Below, piece by piece: positions 29,501 to 40,459 of a stretch of DNA of 64,000 nt. The stretch is taken from the NCBI GenBank assembly GCA_950097015.1, contig CATNEN010000038.1:25730001-25794000 (forward strand), written 5' to 3'. The position numbers were made by a program, and so were the translations under genes. Every line of letters starts with the position of its first letter. The stretch's first letter is position 1. This DNA comes from Macrostomum hystrix. Lineage: Eukaryota > Animalia > Platyhelminthes. A model generated the notes under the pieces. That model saw nothing but the letters and a program-made list of their open reading frames with translations. It made no database searches and was not told the DNA's origin.

Positions 29501-31813
29501 TGGTTGATGCAGTGAGTTACCAGATTGATAAATGGTTGATGCAGTGAGTTACCAGATTGATAAATGGTTGGTGCAGTGAGTTACTAGATTGATAAATGGT
29601 TGGTGCAGTGAGTTACCAGATTGATAAATGGTTTATGCAGTGAGTTACCAGATTGATAAATGGTTGATGCAGTGAGTTAACAGATTGATAAATGGTTGGT
29701 GCAGTGAGTTACCAGATTGATAAATGGTTGATGCAGTGAGTTACCAGAATTATAAATGGTTGATGCAGGGAGTTACCAGATTGATAAATGGTTGATGCAG
29801 TGAGTTACCAGATTGATAAATGGTTGATGCAGGGAGTTACCAGATTGATGGTTGATGCAGTGAGTTACCAGATTGATAAATGGTTAGTGCAGTGAGTTAC
29901 CAGATTGATAAATGGTTGATGCAGTGAGTTACCAGATTGATAAATGGTTGATGCAGTGAGGTACCAGATTGATAAATGGTTGATGCAGTGAGTTACCAGA
30001 TTGATAAATGGTTGGTGCAGTGAGTTACCAGATTGATAAATGGTTGATGCAGTGAGTTACCAGATTGATAAATGGTTTATGCAGTGAGTTACCAGATTGA
30101 TAAATGGTTGGTGCAGTGAGTTACCAGATTGATAAATGGTTGGTGTAGTGAGTTACCAGATTGATAAATGGTTGATGTAGCGAGTTACCAGATTGATAAA
30201 TGGTTGATGCAGTGAGTTACCAGATTGATAAATGGTTGATGCAGTGAGTTACCAGATTGAAAAATGGTTGATGCAGTGAGTTACCAGATTAATAAATGGT
30301 TGGTGCAGTGAGTTACCAGATTGATAAATGGTTGATGCAGTGAGTTACCAGATTGATAAATGGTTGATGCAGTGAGTTACCAGATTGATAAATGGTTGAT
30401 GCAGTGAGTTACCAGATTGATAAATGGTTGATGCAGTGAGTTACCAGATTGATAAATGGTTGGTGCAGTGAGTTACTAGATTGATAAATGGTTGGTGCAG
30501 TGAGTTACCAGATTGATAAATGGTTTATGCAGTGAGTTACCAGATTGATAAATGGTTGATGCAGTGAGTTAACAGATTGATAAATGGTTGGTGCAGTGAG
30601 TTACCAGATTGATAAATGGTTGATGCAGTGAGTTACCAGAATTATAAATGGTTGATGCAGGGAGTTACCAGATTGATAAATGGTTGATGCAGTGAGTTAC
30701 CAGATTGATAAATGGTTGATGCAGGGAGTTACCAGATTGATGGTTGATGCAGTGAGTTACCAGATTGATAAATGGTTAGTGCAGTGAGTTACCAGATTGA
30801 TAAATGGTTGATGCAGTGAGTTACCAGATTGATAAATGGTTGATGCAGTGAGGTACCAGATTGATAAATGGTTGATGCAGTGAGTTACCAGATTGATAAA
30901 TGGTTGGTGCAGTGAGTTACCAGATTGATAAATGGTTGATGCAGTGAGTTACCAGATTGATAAATGGTTTATGCAGTGAGTTACCAGATTGATAAATGGT
31001 TGGTGCAGTGAGTTACCAGATTGATAAATGGTTGGTGTAGTGAGTTACCAGATTGATAAATGGTTGATGTAGCGAGTTACCAGATTGATAAATGGTTGAT
31101 GCAGTGAGTTACCAGATTGATAAATGGTTGATGCAGTGAGTTACCAGATTGAAAAATGGTTGATGCAGTGAGTTACCAGATTAATAAATGGTTGGTGCAG
31201 TGAGTTACCAGATTGATAAATGGTTGATGCAGTGAGTTACCAGATTGATAAATGGTTGATGCAGTGAGTTACCAGATTGATAAATGGTTGATGCAGTGAG
31301 TTACCAGATTGATAAATGGTTGATGCAGTGAGTTACCAGATTGATAAATGGTTGGTGCAGTGAGTTACCAGATTGATAAATGGTTGGTGTAGTGAGTTAC
31401 CAGATTGATAAATGGTTGATGTAGCGAGTTACCAGATTGATAAATGGTTGATGCAGTGAGTTACCAGATTGATAAATTGTTGGTCTTTAAAATTACCAGA
31501 TTGATAAATGGTGACAGACTGACAACTGCTTAATGTAACGAGCTACATGATTGACAACTGATTCATGCAGTGAATGACCAAGGTAGTAAATAGTTGCTGA
31601 TGGGGTGCATATGTATCTATACATTTTCGGTTGTCGTCAGTTGTCGTCATTGACATGGACTTTATTCTAGAAAATAAAGCCAATACTTACATACACAGTG
31701 TAGGTAGGCAGCAGTTTAGGCAGTTTAACATCAGCAGAGTCAGTTGAGTAGTTCTTAGATCGACAATGATCAAGCAAGCCTACGTAACTCTGTCTGCTGT
31801 GACGTTGAGCCAT
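26572..31813 (-). CDS. Hypothetical 2-exon low-complexity protein (about 214 aa)
   Basis: Exon 1 31784-31813 (aaaATGg, MAQRHSRQSY, donor gtaggc) joins in phase 0 to acceptor ttttcag at 27187 and the GC-richer open exon 26572-27186 (poly-Ser, RRVRF). The intron holds the 32-bp satellite. No recognisable domain. Confidence 0.4.
27245..31512. repeat. 32-bp minisatellite (GCAGTGAGTTACCAGATTGATAAATGGTTGAT), about 133 units
   Basis: Direct periodicity; an 892-bp higher-order duplication is visible. Confidence 0.97.
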
Positions 31814-32204
31814 TTTGAAAATTTTACCCTTAAGACTTCGCACTCAGAGCGAAGTCTTATCTTGGCTAAGTTACACAATCAAGTAATCGCTGCATGGTAC
31901 TATAGGTACTGGGAGTTGGCTCAGAAGGCTAGTCATCCTATTCAAAGAATATTTCCTTCACTGGCTTGGCTTTTTAACGGCAAATCCTATTGTTAAAGCT
32001 GCTTTTGTGCATACCTATATACGAGCAGTGTGACATGCAAGCCAATAAGAATATAATGCAGCTCAAATTTAAAAGTGCAGTCAACGTGCTATACATAAAT
32101 TCTAAAGAGCTAGTTTAGTCAACGTTTCTTTTGAATTGAAATCCAGAAAAAATAGGTGACAATAGTGAATGATTAGAATACTAAAGACTTGGCTATAAGC
32201 GCTC

Positions 32205-32348
32205 ATTCCGATGAAACACCTATCAGAAACACAAAACGTCGACATCGTCGTGATATGCAACGATTCTTGTCGGACTGTCTGGTGGCAAAAATCATCGAGG
32301 CAAGTAAAAATTTTCTGCTCACAAAATTTCATCCTGTAACCATGTGGG
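32205..32348 (+). repeat. Copy of the old dispersed repeat also seen at 8915-9050
   Basis: Shared blocks catcgtcg.gatat.caacgat, ctggtggcaaaa and tttcat..tgtaaccatgt. Confidence 0.6.
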
Positions 32349-32689
32349 CTGCAATTAATGAGTATATTGTATTGCATTCAGTATATTGTTAACTATTATA
32401 CAAGTATAACTAAGCCAATATGGGTTAGCCTAAGAAGTTCATACAGAACAATGTTTGTTAGCATTGTCACCGGGGTCTTAGACAAGAATTACCCAGGTCG
32501 TTACCCAGGGGTCTTTCTAGTGTTACATGAAAACACAATAACTGACAAGACAATAGCTAACAGTTCATTAACTAGCAATAAAACTATTGACAGATTGTCA
32601 TCAACTGACAACACAAGACAGACTATCGGTAGCTTAACACGTTTATCGAGAGTTTCAATTTTATGTCCTGAAATTTTCACGCGAAGTTC

Positions 32690-35600
32690 TCAGGAATAAA
32701 CTGATTCGAAAGGCGGCCTAGGACCAATGTTATAGCCACGATAGCGACAGTAAATGAAGGTGATCCACACACAGACGGTGGCAGTTACACAGGCCCCGAT
32801 AGCCGACGTCTGTAAATAATGAGCCCTGAGCCGGACGCGTTTAGTCTGCGGTTTCTCGCCGCCGTACCAGCACAGAGCCGGGTCGCATGTCATCAGCCGT
32901 TGCGTTTCGCCAATGCAATAATCGTATGGAGTGGCTTCGCCTAAGACCTGTCTATTGATGCATCTTCTAACAGAGATGGATATTCGAACTCCTTTGGAGC
33001 TGCTGCACTCAGGACGGCAGCGGTCCCAGGGTGACCAGGGGCTCCAGACTCCAGTCCAGATGGAGCAAGAATTGCCACTGTAGCCTGGATCGCATTTGCA
33101 GTGACCTGTCAATCAATCACATTTTGAAGCCGAATTTTTAGTTTATTTCAACTTACTTTTTAGCTACTCTGCATGTATTCTAACCACGACTATGACTCAA
33201 AAGCTGGCGAGCTGACAAAACTGTTCTTTTATTTACTAGTACATGATTGCCAAGGAGAGAACCCAAAATACGACTGAATGGGAAGGTATTACTAACGGTA
33301 AGAGCCGAGTCTCATAGAGCCGAGGAAAGATGAGACACGGGATTGATGAAATTAGGAGAGATGAGACACGGGATAAATGTATAATCTTTCCCACTTATTT
33401 CGGCTGCCAGGGTGTAAAGGCTCGAGGCGCAAATTTATTGACCGAGGCTTCGCCTCGGTCAATGAAATTCGCGCCGAGTGCCTTTGCACCCTAGACAGCC
33501 GAAATAAGTGGGAGAGATGGTATGTATCCCCCACTTGGCTGCCGACTTTCATTGCACTTTAAGTCTTCTGTTTCTTGCTACGCTCTGTCTGTAGTCTATG
33601 GTGAAAATCAAAATCCGAGAGGAGGGTAGACGCTAAAAAAGACAGCCTTTATGCGAAAAAGACAGAACAGGACAGAATAGCAGACGCTTGTATATGTCTA
33701 GCCCTCGATTTGAAAGCTTGACTGAGGCCGAGGCGGAGGCCATGATTGGCGGCACGGTCCCTCCGAACACCGTAAAGAAATGCGAGTGGATGCTGTCTAC
33801 TTTCAATGAATGGCACGCGTTTAAGAAGCAAGAATGGGCGACGAATGGTGGACCATCCATCATGGTTATCAAGGACATGGATGAGTTTGACAAGACGGAC
33901 CTGAACTTTCTCCTGAAGTTGTTTATCCTGGAGGTCCGGACAAAACGGAACGAACGGTACTCGGCTGGTACCCTGAAGGACTTCTTCTCAATGCTACAAT
34001 ACCAAATGCGCAACGTGCATCGCAAGGACTGGTGCCTCTGGACGAATGTCGAGTTTGCCGAGTGCAGAAGAGCGTTGGACGCTGCTATGAAGCTATCAAC
34101 TGCTGAGGGCAAGGGCGTCGGGCTCAAGAAGTCTGACCCGGTGTCAAAGCCCATCGAAGATGACTGCTGGACGGAGGGTGTGTTTGGTTCCGAGCGTTCT
34201 CGTTTTGCACTTTCTTTGTTTATTTCCCCAGACGGGTGTGACTTATGTCTGTGGTAAAAGTTCTGTTTCGCGCGGGGGCGCGGGAAATAAATGATTTATT
34301 GCCCTAGGGCAAATAAACGAAACGCGTTACGACATAGACAATGTTGGCGGGCAAGTGGGGGATAAATGAAATTAGGAGAGATGAGACACGGGATAAATGA
34401 AATTAGGAGAGATGAGACACGGGATAAATGAAATTGGGAGAGATGAGACACGGGATAAATGAAATTGGGAGAGATGAGACACGGGATAGATGAAATTAGG
34501 AGAGATAAGACACGGGATAGATGAGATACGGGAAAGATGAGACACAGGAGAGATGAGACAGGGGAGAGATGAGACACGGGAGAGATGGGACACAGAGAGA
34601 TGAGACAGGGGAGATATGAGACACGGGAGAGTTGAGAGACGGGAGAGGTGAGACACGGGAGGGATGGGACACGGGAGAGATAAAAAGCACGTAATGGGAG
34701 TATAAATTGCCATCGAAAGACTTACACAAGCGACCATTCTTAGACGATAGAAAGTGTCCGTGAATGCAGACCTCAGCGTGGCAACTGTTGCGAGGCGCCG
34801 CGCAATTATCGAACGGCAAGTCAAGATCTCGAGTTCGACCGCCGCTGCAGGTGCACTTCCAGTAGTTCACAGACGCGGCGCGGGGACCCGAAAGCAGATG
34901 CGAGCACACGCCCAGGGCTTTAAAGATGATGGCATTGGCATTAGTGAATTGCGGCTCGCAAAAAATGGTCCAAAAAGGTCAATTAACTAAGTGATAATGA
35001 TCATCTTAGTAAAAAAATTGCATACAAACAATGAAACTGACAACCCATGAAACTGACAACCCATGAAACTGACAACCTATGAAACTGACAACCCATGAAA
35101 CTGACAATTCATGAAACTGACAGCCCATGAAACTGACAACCCATGAAACTGACAACCCATGAAACTGACAACCCATGAAACTGACAACCCATGAAACTGA
35201 CAACCTATGAAACTGACAACCCATGAAACTGACAACCCATTTCAAACAACCTGATAATAGAGAACCGAAAAAAGGTTAAGTTTCAGATTCTGCAACCCAC
35301 ATTTGTTAAATTGATCGACATCAAGCGAACCACAGGCGAAATTTCCAGTCACTCCGTGAATCGCGTGCCGATCCAAGCACGGATCGGCGGGTCTTTCGCA
35401 GCGTTTGCCGCCAAAGCCCTCGTGACAGACGCAGTTGATCTCGTTGGTTAGCAAGCTGTTATTTTCGGACCCTGAACTACTCACTAGGCGACTCTCGCAG
35501 TACCAGGTGTTGCTAGGCGAGCAGGGATAATCTGGGGAATTTCGAGGTCGATTGCAGGGCTGCTGCTTTATGCAGTTACGTGCACCGCTTGACCAATAAT

Positions 35601-38600
35601 AGCCCCGCTTGCACAGGCACCTGTAGGAATCTAACCATAGGCCTGTGTCGCTTGTGACGCACCTGTTCGTGTTGTTTTTTTAAGACACAAAAATAAAGGC
35701 GAAAGAAGTTAGGAAAGGGTGTTAAAAAATGTTGCATAGAAAAAAGTCCGGCCGACCAGACAAACTCACTGTCCGTTCTCAGAGTTTTCTATCAATTTGC
35801 ATCGAGCTGAAGCGCAAGGGTCCGGACAGAAAGCCTCTTTGAACCAATCAAACATTCTAGGTATTATAGTATCCTTAACTGCAGCTTTTTTTATTCCGCT
35901 GGATACTAATAGTGCCCAGTGACAGGTTACGAAACAGGTGTGCGCATTCTGAAATACTTCCGAGCGCAGCTTGCTGTCCAAGCTAACTTTGTGCGAGTAA
36001 AGAAAGCGTCGAAGATGTTGCAGCAGCGACTCTCGCTGAAAATCCACCGGATGAAGCCTGGAGATGACAGATCAAAGCTAAAATATCGAGCTTACTAGAT
36101 TATAAACAGGTACACTAGATGATAAGCGACTCAGGTAATACAGAACAGGCCATCACGCAGCCAGCTAGAAGGCAATTCTGCAATTCTCCTGAGCACACAC
36201 GCACAAAGATACCGTGCTCACACAGGTGTGTACATCTGCCCTGACTTTCTTAGTGCGCTTTGGAAGCTGGCCCTCAAGGGCGTAATTAAACTGCTCGACA
36301 AGCCCCCAAGCCTAGCTTCTCTCCGCGCCTGCGCCCCAAATAAATGTGGCCTCGCCGCGGCATCGTTCTTAGGGACATTCGCGCGGGAGGCAAACGCGTT
36401 AGCCGCTCTGCCACCGACCCCCATAAAACTCGGTCACAGAACACCCATACATAGACCATCACCGACTGAGGCCTGAGCACAGCACTTTTGCGAGCGAATA
36501 TGCAAGATCCGCTTTAAATAAATCTAACACATTCGGTTCAATTGGCAAATTAAATAAATCCAGTCCAGTAAACGCACTTATCAATCAAGAAATTTGTCCA
36601 CTTTATCCTCAAGGCCATTAGATCAGCATTGGCAACTCGGGGGCCGGCAAAACTTCTTTGAAAATTTCGAGCAAGTCTAATCAGATAATTGAGAATATAG
36701 TTGGAACTGCTGGACTCAAAAGAACTTGACACGAATTTAAACTTAGTATTTTCCATTTTTCTCTGTACATCTGCCTGGATATCGGTAATTTCTTTCCTGG
36801 AAAATGAGCACCTCTGATTGTTGAAATCTTCGATTAATGTAGTGTGCAGCCTTGACCGGCTGTACTCAGTGCTGCAGGCCCGATCTCTGTTCTTCATTGT
36901 TTCGTAAAGTTTTTCAAACAATTTATAAATATCGCTCATAGCGGCAGGAAAATCGAGCAGATGCGGTCGCAGTTTCGAGCCAATAAAATCAGGAGTGAAG
37001 CCAGAATACTGACTGGTAGGACAGGTGAACAAGCGATAGGTTGGTGGGACTTGCTCGTAAGATTTTTTAGTAACTTCTTCAAAAGCCTGAATATCATAGA
37101 TTCTGAATTCCTCCGTGCTCCTGTAAGGGGGTTGGCAATGCAAGTAGTAGTGAATAGTGTTGATATTACATGCTACATCTAAAGGCTGCGTACAGCTGTA
37201 CGGACCATTCCATGGACTGGGGGACGACGCACCCCACCCTCAAATACCCAAGCTAATGCTGGTAACCATTTAACAGCTTGGTGAACTGAAGTAATTCAGA
37301 GTTAGGTGTCTTTCTAAAGGACGCAGATTGTTCCACTGGAATCAGGAATGGAACCCTCGACCTACAAGTCGAGAGTCTGACGCTCTAATCACTAGGCTAG
37401 GCACAACCCCTGACTAACTAATAAGCTTAAAATGCACAATGGCCCCCCGAAACCCTAACTTGGTGGCCGTGTGCACATATAGATTAATGTGACCTCCCCG
37501 CATATTAAGGGGGTCGGTGGCAGAGCGGTTAACGCGTTTGCCTCTCGCACCACGGCCCCTAAGTTCGACGGCGAGGCCACATTCATTTGGGGCGCAGCCG
37601 TGGAGAGAAGGCTCGAGGGCTTGTCATGCAATTTACGCCCTTGAGTGCCCACCTCCAAGGCACAGTGAAGTGTACACTGCCTGACGATGAAAAAGTGAGG
37701 GCAGATGCACAATCTGTGTGAGTATGTGTGCCTGCGTGCGGTATCTGTTTGCATGTGTGCTCAGGAGTAATCGAAATGGGCAGAATTGCCTCCTCGCTGG
37801 CTGTGGGTCTGGTGTCACCAAATGATGTACCAATGCTCGCAGCCCTCCTGCAATTGTTGTTATTATTATCCCCGCATATTATACAAAAGTATAACCAATG
37901 CGAATCGGATATTACTCACCGAATGGCTAGGTACAGTGAGTACTGCGATCGGCAGGCACGATTTAGCGTCAGTATGCCGATGCCCGGGCTTGTGCGGGTC
38001 AGCAGTTGGGAAAAATAGCCACAATGAGTCCAGTGCTTCCAAGAAATCAGCCTGTTGTACCTAGGTATTTTCGAAGTCAGACTGTAGTTTCTAGTTTTAT
38101 GAGAGCTGAACAAAGCCTCTGGCGTGCTGGGCATGTCTATGGCAGCCAGTAACTCTGCGCCCTGCAGTCCGTAATCGTTTTTTTGTGGATCAAAGCTTGC
38201 ATCCATGATCAAAGCCTCGCAGTTGAAAATCTCCATCCAGGGCTTGAAATTGCGTGTTAACATACATTTACCAGATTTAATTGACGCGTGCAGTCTATTA
38301 TTGCTTTGAGACGCTCGGTACATCCAAGGATCGATATTTTTGCCGCTTATGCACACGTGGCTGCTGCTAAAGTACTCGCCAAATATTAGTGTAAGTGAGC
38401 CCAGTGTGCCGTAGTCTGCTTTCGCAAAGTTCTGACACTGTGAAATACTGCTCACTGAAAGAATTTTCCAATCAATTAGGTAAATAGACGATACTGCTTG
38501 GCTTTTCATGAATGTAGCTCCACCGTATTGCGATTGCTTGTTTGCAATTAGTTCCTTGCTAAGACGAACTTTAAAGCGTGTAACATGAGCGATGTACGGC

Positions 38601-39199
38601 AATTCAAATATAATCCAATGATAGCCCATGTCTGCGGCAGTCGGATGATGCCTGGAGTGACTGATAATGCTATCGTCGACCGCCAAATGCGGCCCGTAAC
38701 GAGGGAAGTCGTCGTCTTTCACGCTAGACATCCAAACGCGCGCGTCCAGCATAGGTATCTCCTCGTACTCGTGACCGACCAGGTCAATCATTCGCTGACG
38801 CAGCTTAGTGTGGCAAGCTAATGAGACGCAGATCTTAGCATCGAAGTTCATCACACGGCAAGGATTGCCGTAGACAATTGGCACGGGATCATGTAGTAAG
38901 TCTCTAAGCAGGGTGCACTTATGACAGACGCAATGCTGCTCGCCATTCAGCAAAAGAAAGTGAACACTGGCGCATTTAGAATCGTAGGCGCACCATTCCA
39001 AGCAGTCTTTGTAGAAAGCGTTCAAACAATAGTGCTTTCCGGCGCGTGACTCGCGGGTACTTGTAAATGCAGTATCACGGCTCAGCCCTGGCATGTAGTC
39101 TAGCTGCACAATATCGTCATGATCGCACGGGAATCCGCTAACAGCACGACTCTTGGCTTTTAGTAGAAGCAAAATAATTGTCAGCGGAAGATAAAACAT
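32690..39199 (-). CDS. Type-I membrane protein: signal peptide, PAN/apple-like, F5/8(discoidin)-like, unassigned region, about 4-5 EGF-like repeats, TSP1, TM, short tail (about 1026 aa, 6 exons)
   Basis: Phase-consistent exons (-): 37920-39199 (MFYLPLTIILLLL; CLEWCAYDSKCASVHF; WMSS..YGPHLAVDD..HWIIFELP), 36578-37120, 35770-36057 (FCPDPC), 35301-35662 (YRCLCKRGYYW; CVCHEGFGGKRCE), 34726-34917 (WKCTC..CIHGH), 32690-33105 (CKCDPGYSGNSC; WSPWSPWDRC..RRC; TM AIGACVTATVCVWITFIY). All introns are GT-AG. The PAN and F5/8 calls are less certain than EGF, TSP1 and TM. Confidence 0.85.
33384..33518. repeat. 135-bp imperfect palindrome (hairpin) with a 3-nt loop
   Basis: Perfect core ATTGACCGAGGC-TTC-GCCTCGGTCAAT; base arms ATCTTTCCCACTTATTTCGGCTG and CAGCCGAAATAAGTGGGAGAGAT (1 mismatch). 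Confidence 0.92.
33694..34257 (+). pseudogene. Truncated Crypton recombinase ORF (N-terminal core-binding region only)
   Basis: Open 187-codon frame with GC-rich codon usage; no R-H-R-Y catalytic motifs are present. Confidence 0.7.
35030..35240. repeat. 16-bp minisatellite (CATGAAACTGACAACC)
   Basis: About 13 units, intronic. Confidence 0.95.
36145..36422 (-). mobile_element. SINE family A, 3'-degraded
   Basis: Reverse complement of the head GGGGGTCGGTGGCAGAGCGGCTAACGCG ends at 36422; shared body. Confidence 0.85.
37184..37400 (-). mobile_element. tRNA-derived SINE family B with a CORE-like central block
   Basis: Minus strand: TAGCCTAGTGATTAGAGCG (A-box-like), GGTTCCATTCC (B-box-like), then tgcgtcctttagaaagacacctaactc..ttcagttcaccaagctgttaaatgg, resembling the CORE domain. 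A second copy lies at 56050-56300. Confidence 0.7.
37509..37869 (+). mobile_element. SINE family A, full length
   Basis: GGGGGTCGGTGGCAGAGCGGTTAACGCG head, AGTTCGA, body and ttgttgttattattat tail. Confidence 0.9.
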
Positions 39200-39938
39200 T
39201 TTTTTCTTCTTAAAGCAAGAAGCTTCACTAAAGGTTCTGCCCATAAAGGTGATCATAAATTGCGATGCTCTTTGGTTTTGACCATAGACTATTGAGTTAC
39301 GAGCTATTAAGCGCGTAACATAAACTTGCTGGCCTCGGCTGTAAGGGTAGAAATAACTATGATATCGATTTTTTCAGACCGATTCGAGAATAGAGTCAGT
39401 CATGTTAATAAAAAGCATTCACTGCAGTAGCAGCCACTGCCATAGAACTACACTCTACCATAGACAAAAAACAACCGACTGGAGAATTCCAATAAAAAAT
39501 AAACCTAAGGTTAACAAAAGAATTGAAAAATTGAAATCCTCCAAGTGATGGACTTGAAGCCTAACAGAAGAGCTTTTATAAGCTTAGCTTAGCTTGGTGT
39601 GTTATAGTCTATAGTCACACGAGAGTGAAGCTTGGCATTCCATCTTGACTCCTTGACTCCATCTACAAGATACCTTCCGAGATACAGTACAAATTTATTT
39701 TTCAAGACATTTGCCCGACCGGCGGGCTTTTTTGTAGATGGAAGCAATCTGAACCCACTGCAAGAGGAGAAGAAATAATATTTTTAATGCATATTCTTGC
39801 GTCAGTCAAACTGGACAGTGAGGCTTGACCATCGACTACGAACTTAGGCTCAAAAGAAGCGGCGATAAGTAAACGCTAGAACTTAAAACAAAGAAAATCT
39901 GAATAATTGTTCCATAGAAAATTCCCTATGTGTGCCCC

Positions 39939-40272
39939 GGGGGGTTAGAGGGTCAGCGGCAGAGTGTTAACGCGTCTGCCTCTCGCACCAAGGTCCCAGA
40001 GCTCGATTCCGCGGTGAGGGCACAGTTATTTGGGGTGCAGCCGTGGAGAGATGGCTTGGGGGCTTGTCGTGCAATTTACGCCCTTGAGGGTCAGTCTCCA
40101 AGGCACAGTGAAGTGTATACTGCCTGACGATGAGAAATTCAAGGCAGATGTACATAACTGTGTGAGTGTGTGCTCAGGAGCCAGCGAAATGAGCCGAATT
40201 GCCTGCTCGCTGGCTGCGGGTCTAGTTTCACCAAATGATGTGCCATTGCGTGCAGCCCTCCTGCAATTATTT
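39939..40272 (+). mobile_element. SINE family A, near full length
   Basis: GGTCAGCGGCAGAGTGTTAACGCG head, GAGCTCGATTCC, body and gccctcctgcaattatt end. Confidence 0.88.
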
Positions 40273-40459
40273 TAAGCATAATTATGCCCTGGTGGTTTCG
40301 CTTAATCTTAGGCATCTAAATTCTGCTTGGCTCTGACCAAAGTTTTAGTTGTACCCTGTTAAAGAATATGTCTTCTGGATTGTTCTCTTTCTCAAAAAGG
40401 GTCTGTCACCATTGAGAAGTGGCTGCATAAGCGAATAAGCTTTCATACCATTTCAGTCC

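Larger units (their letters stand above)
33380..34368 (+). mobile_element. Internally deleted Crypton-type DNA transposon (tyrosine recombinase / DUF3504 family), intronic
   Basis: ORF 33694-34257 has P.NT.K..W....F.EW, LNFLLKLFILEVRTKRNERYSAGTL, F...RRALDAAMK....G.G....DPVS...E...W..GVFG. This is the region N-terminal to the catalytic domain in CryptonA and ZMYM/KCTD1/KIAA1958-type proteins. Similarity stops at about 34190, before the catalytic residues. Bounded by the direct repeat GGGATAAATG, with internal inverted arms and a long hairpin. Confidence 0.8.
33328..34680 (-). repeat. Short array of the 16-bp satellite family (16-bp and 31-bp compound units), split by the Crypton fragment into 33328-33379 and 34359-34680
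   Basis: GGGAGAGATGAGACAC units are the reverse complement of the 57175-62692 unit. Confidence 0.9.

Noticed and set aside
27245-31512. 32-bp repeat as a CRISPR array
   Set aside because: Units are contiguous with no unique spacers, there are no cas genes, and the context is eukaryotic.
37509-37580. tRNA genes at the SINE heads
   Set aside because: No complete cloverleaf; the heads run directly into a repeated SINE body and tail.
39713-39737. GC hairpin + T6 resembling a rho-independent terminator or Helitron 3' end
   Set aside because: Only a 5-bp stem, eukaryotic context, ends in GTAG not CTRR, and no second copy or 5' end was found.
40120-40210. Hammerhead ribozyme in SINE A (CTGACGA...GAAA)
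   Set aside because: Core words are present, but I could not build stems II and III with a valid NUH site; cctgac/gtcagg forms a simple hairpin instead.
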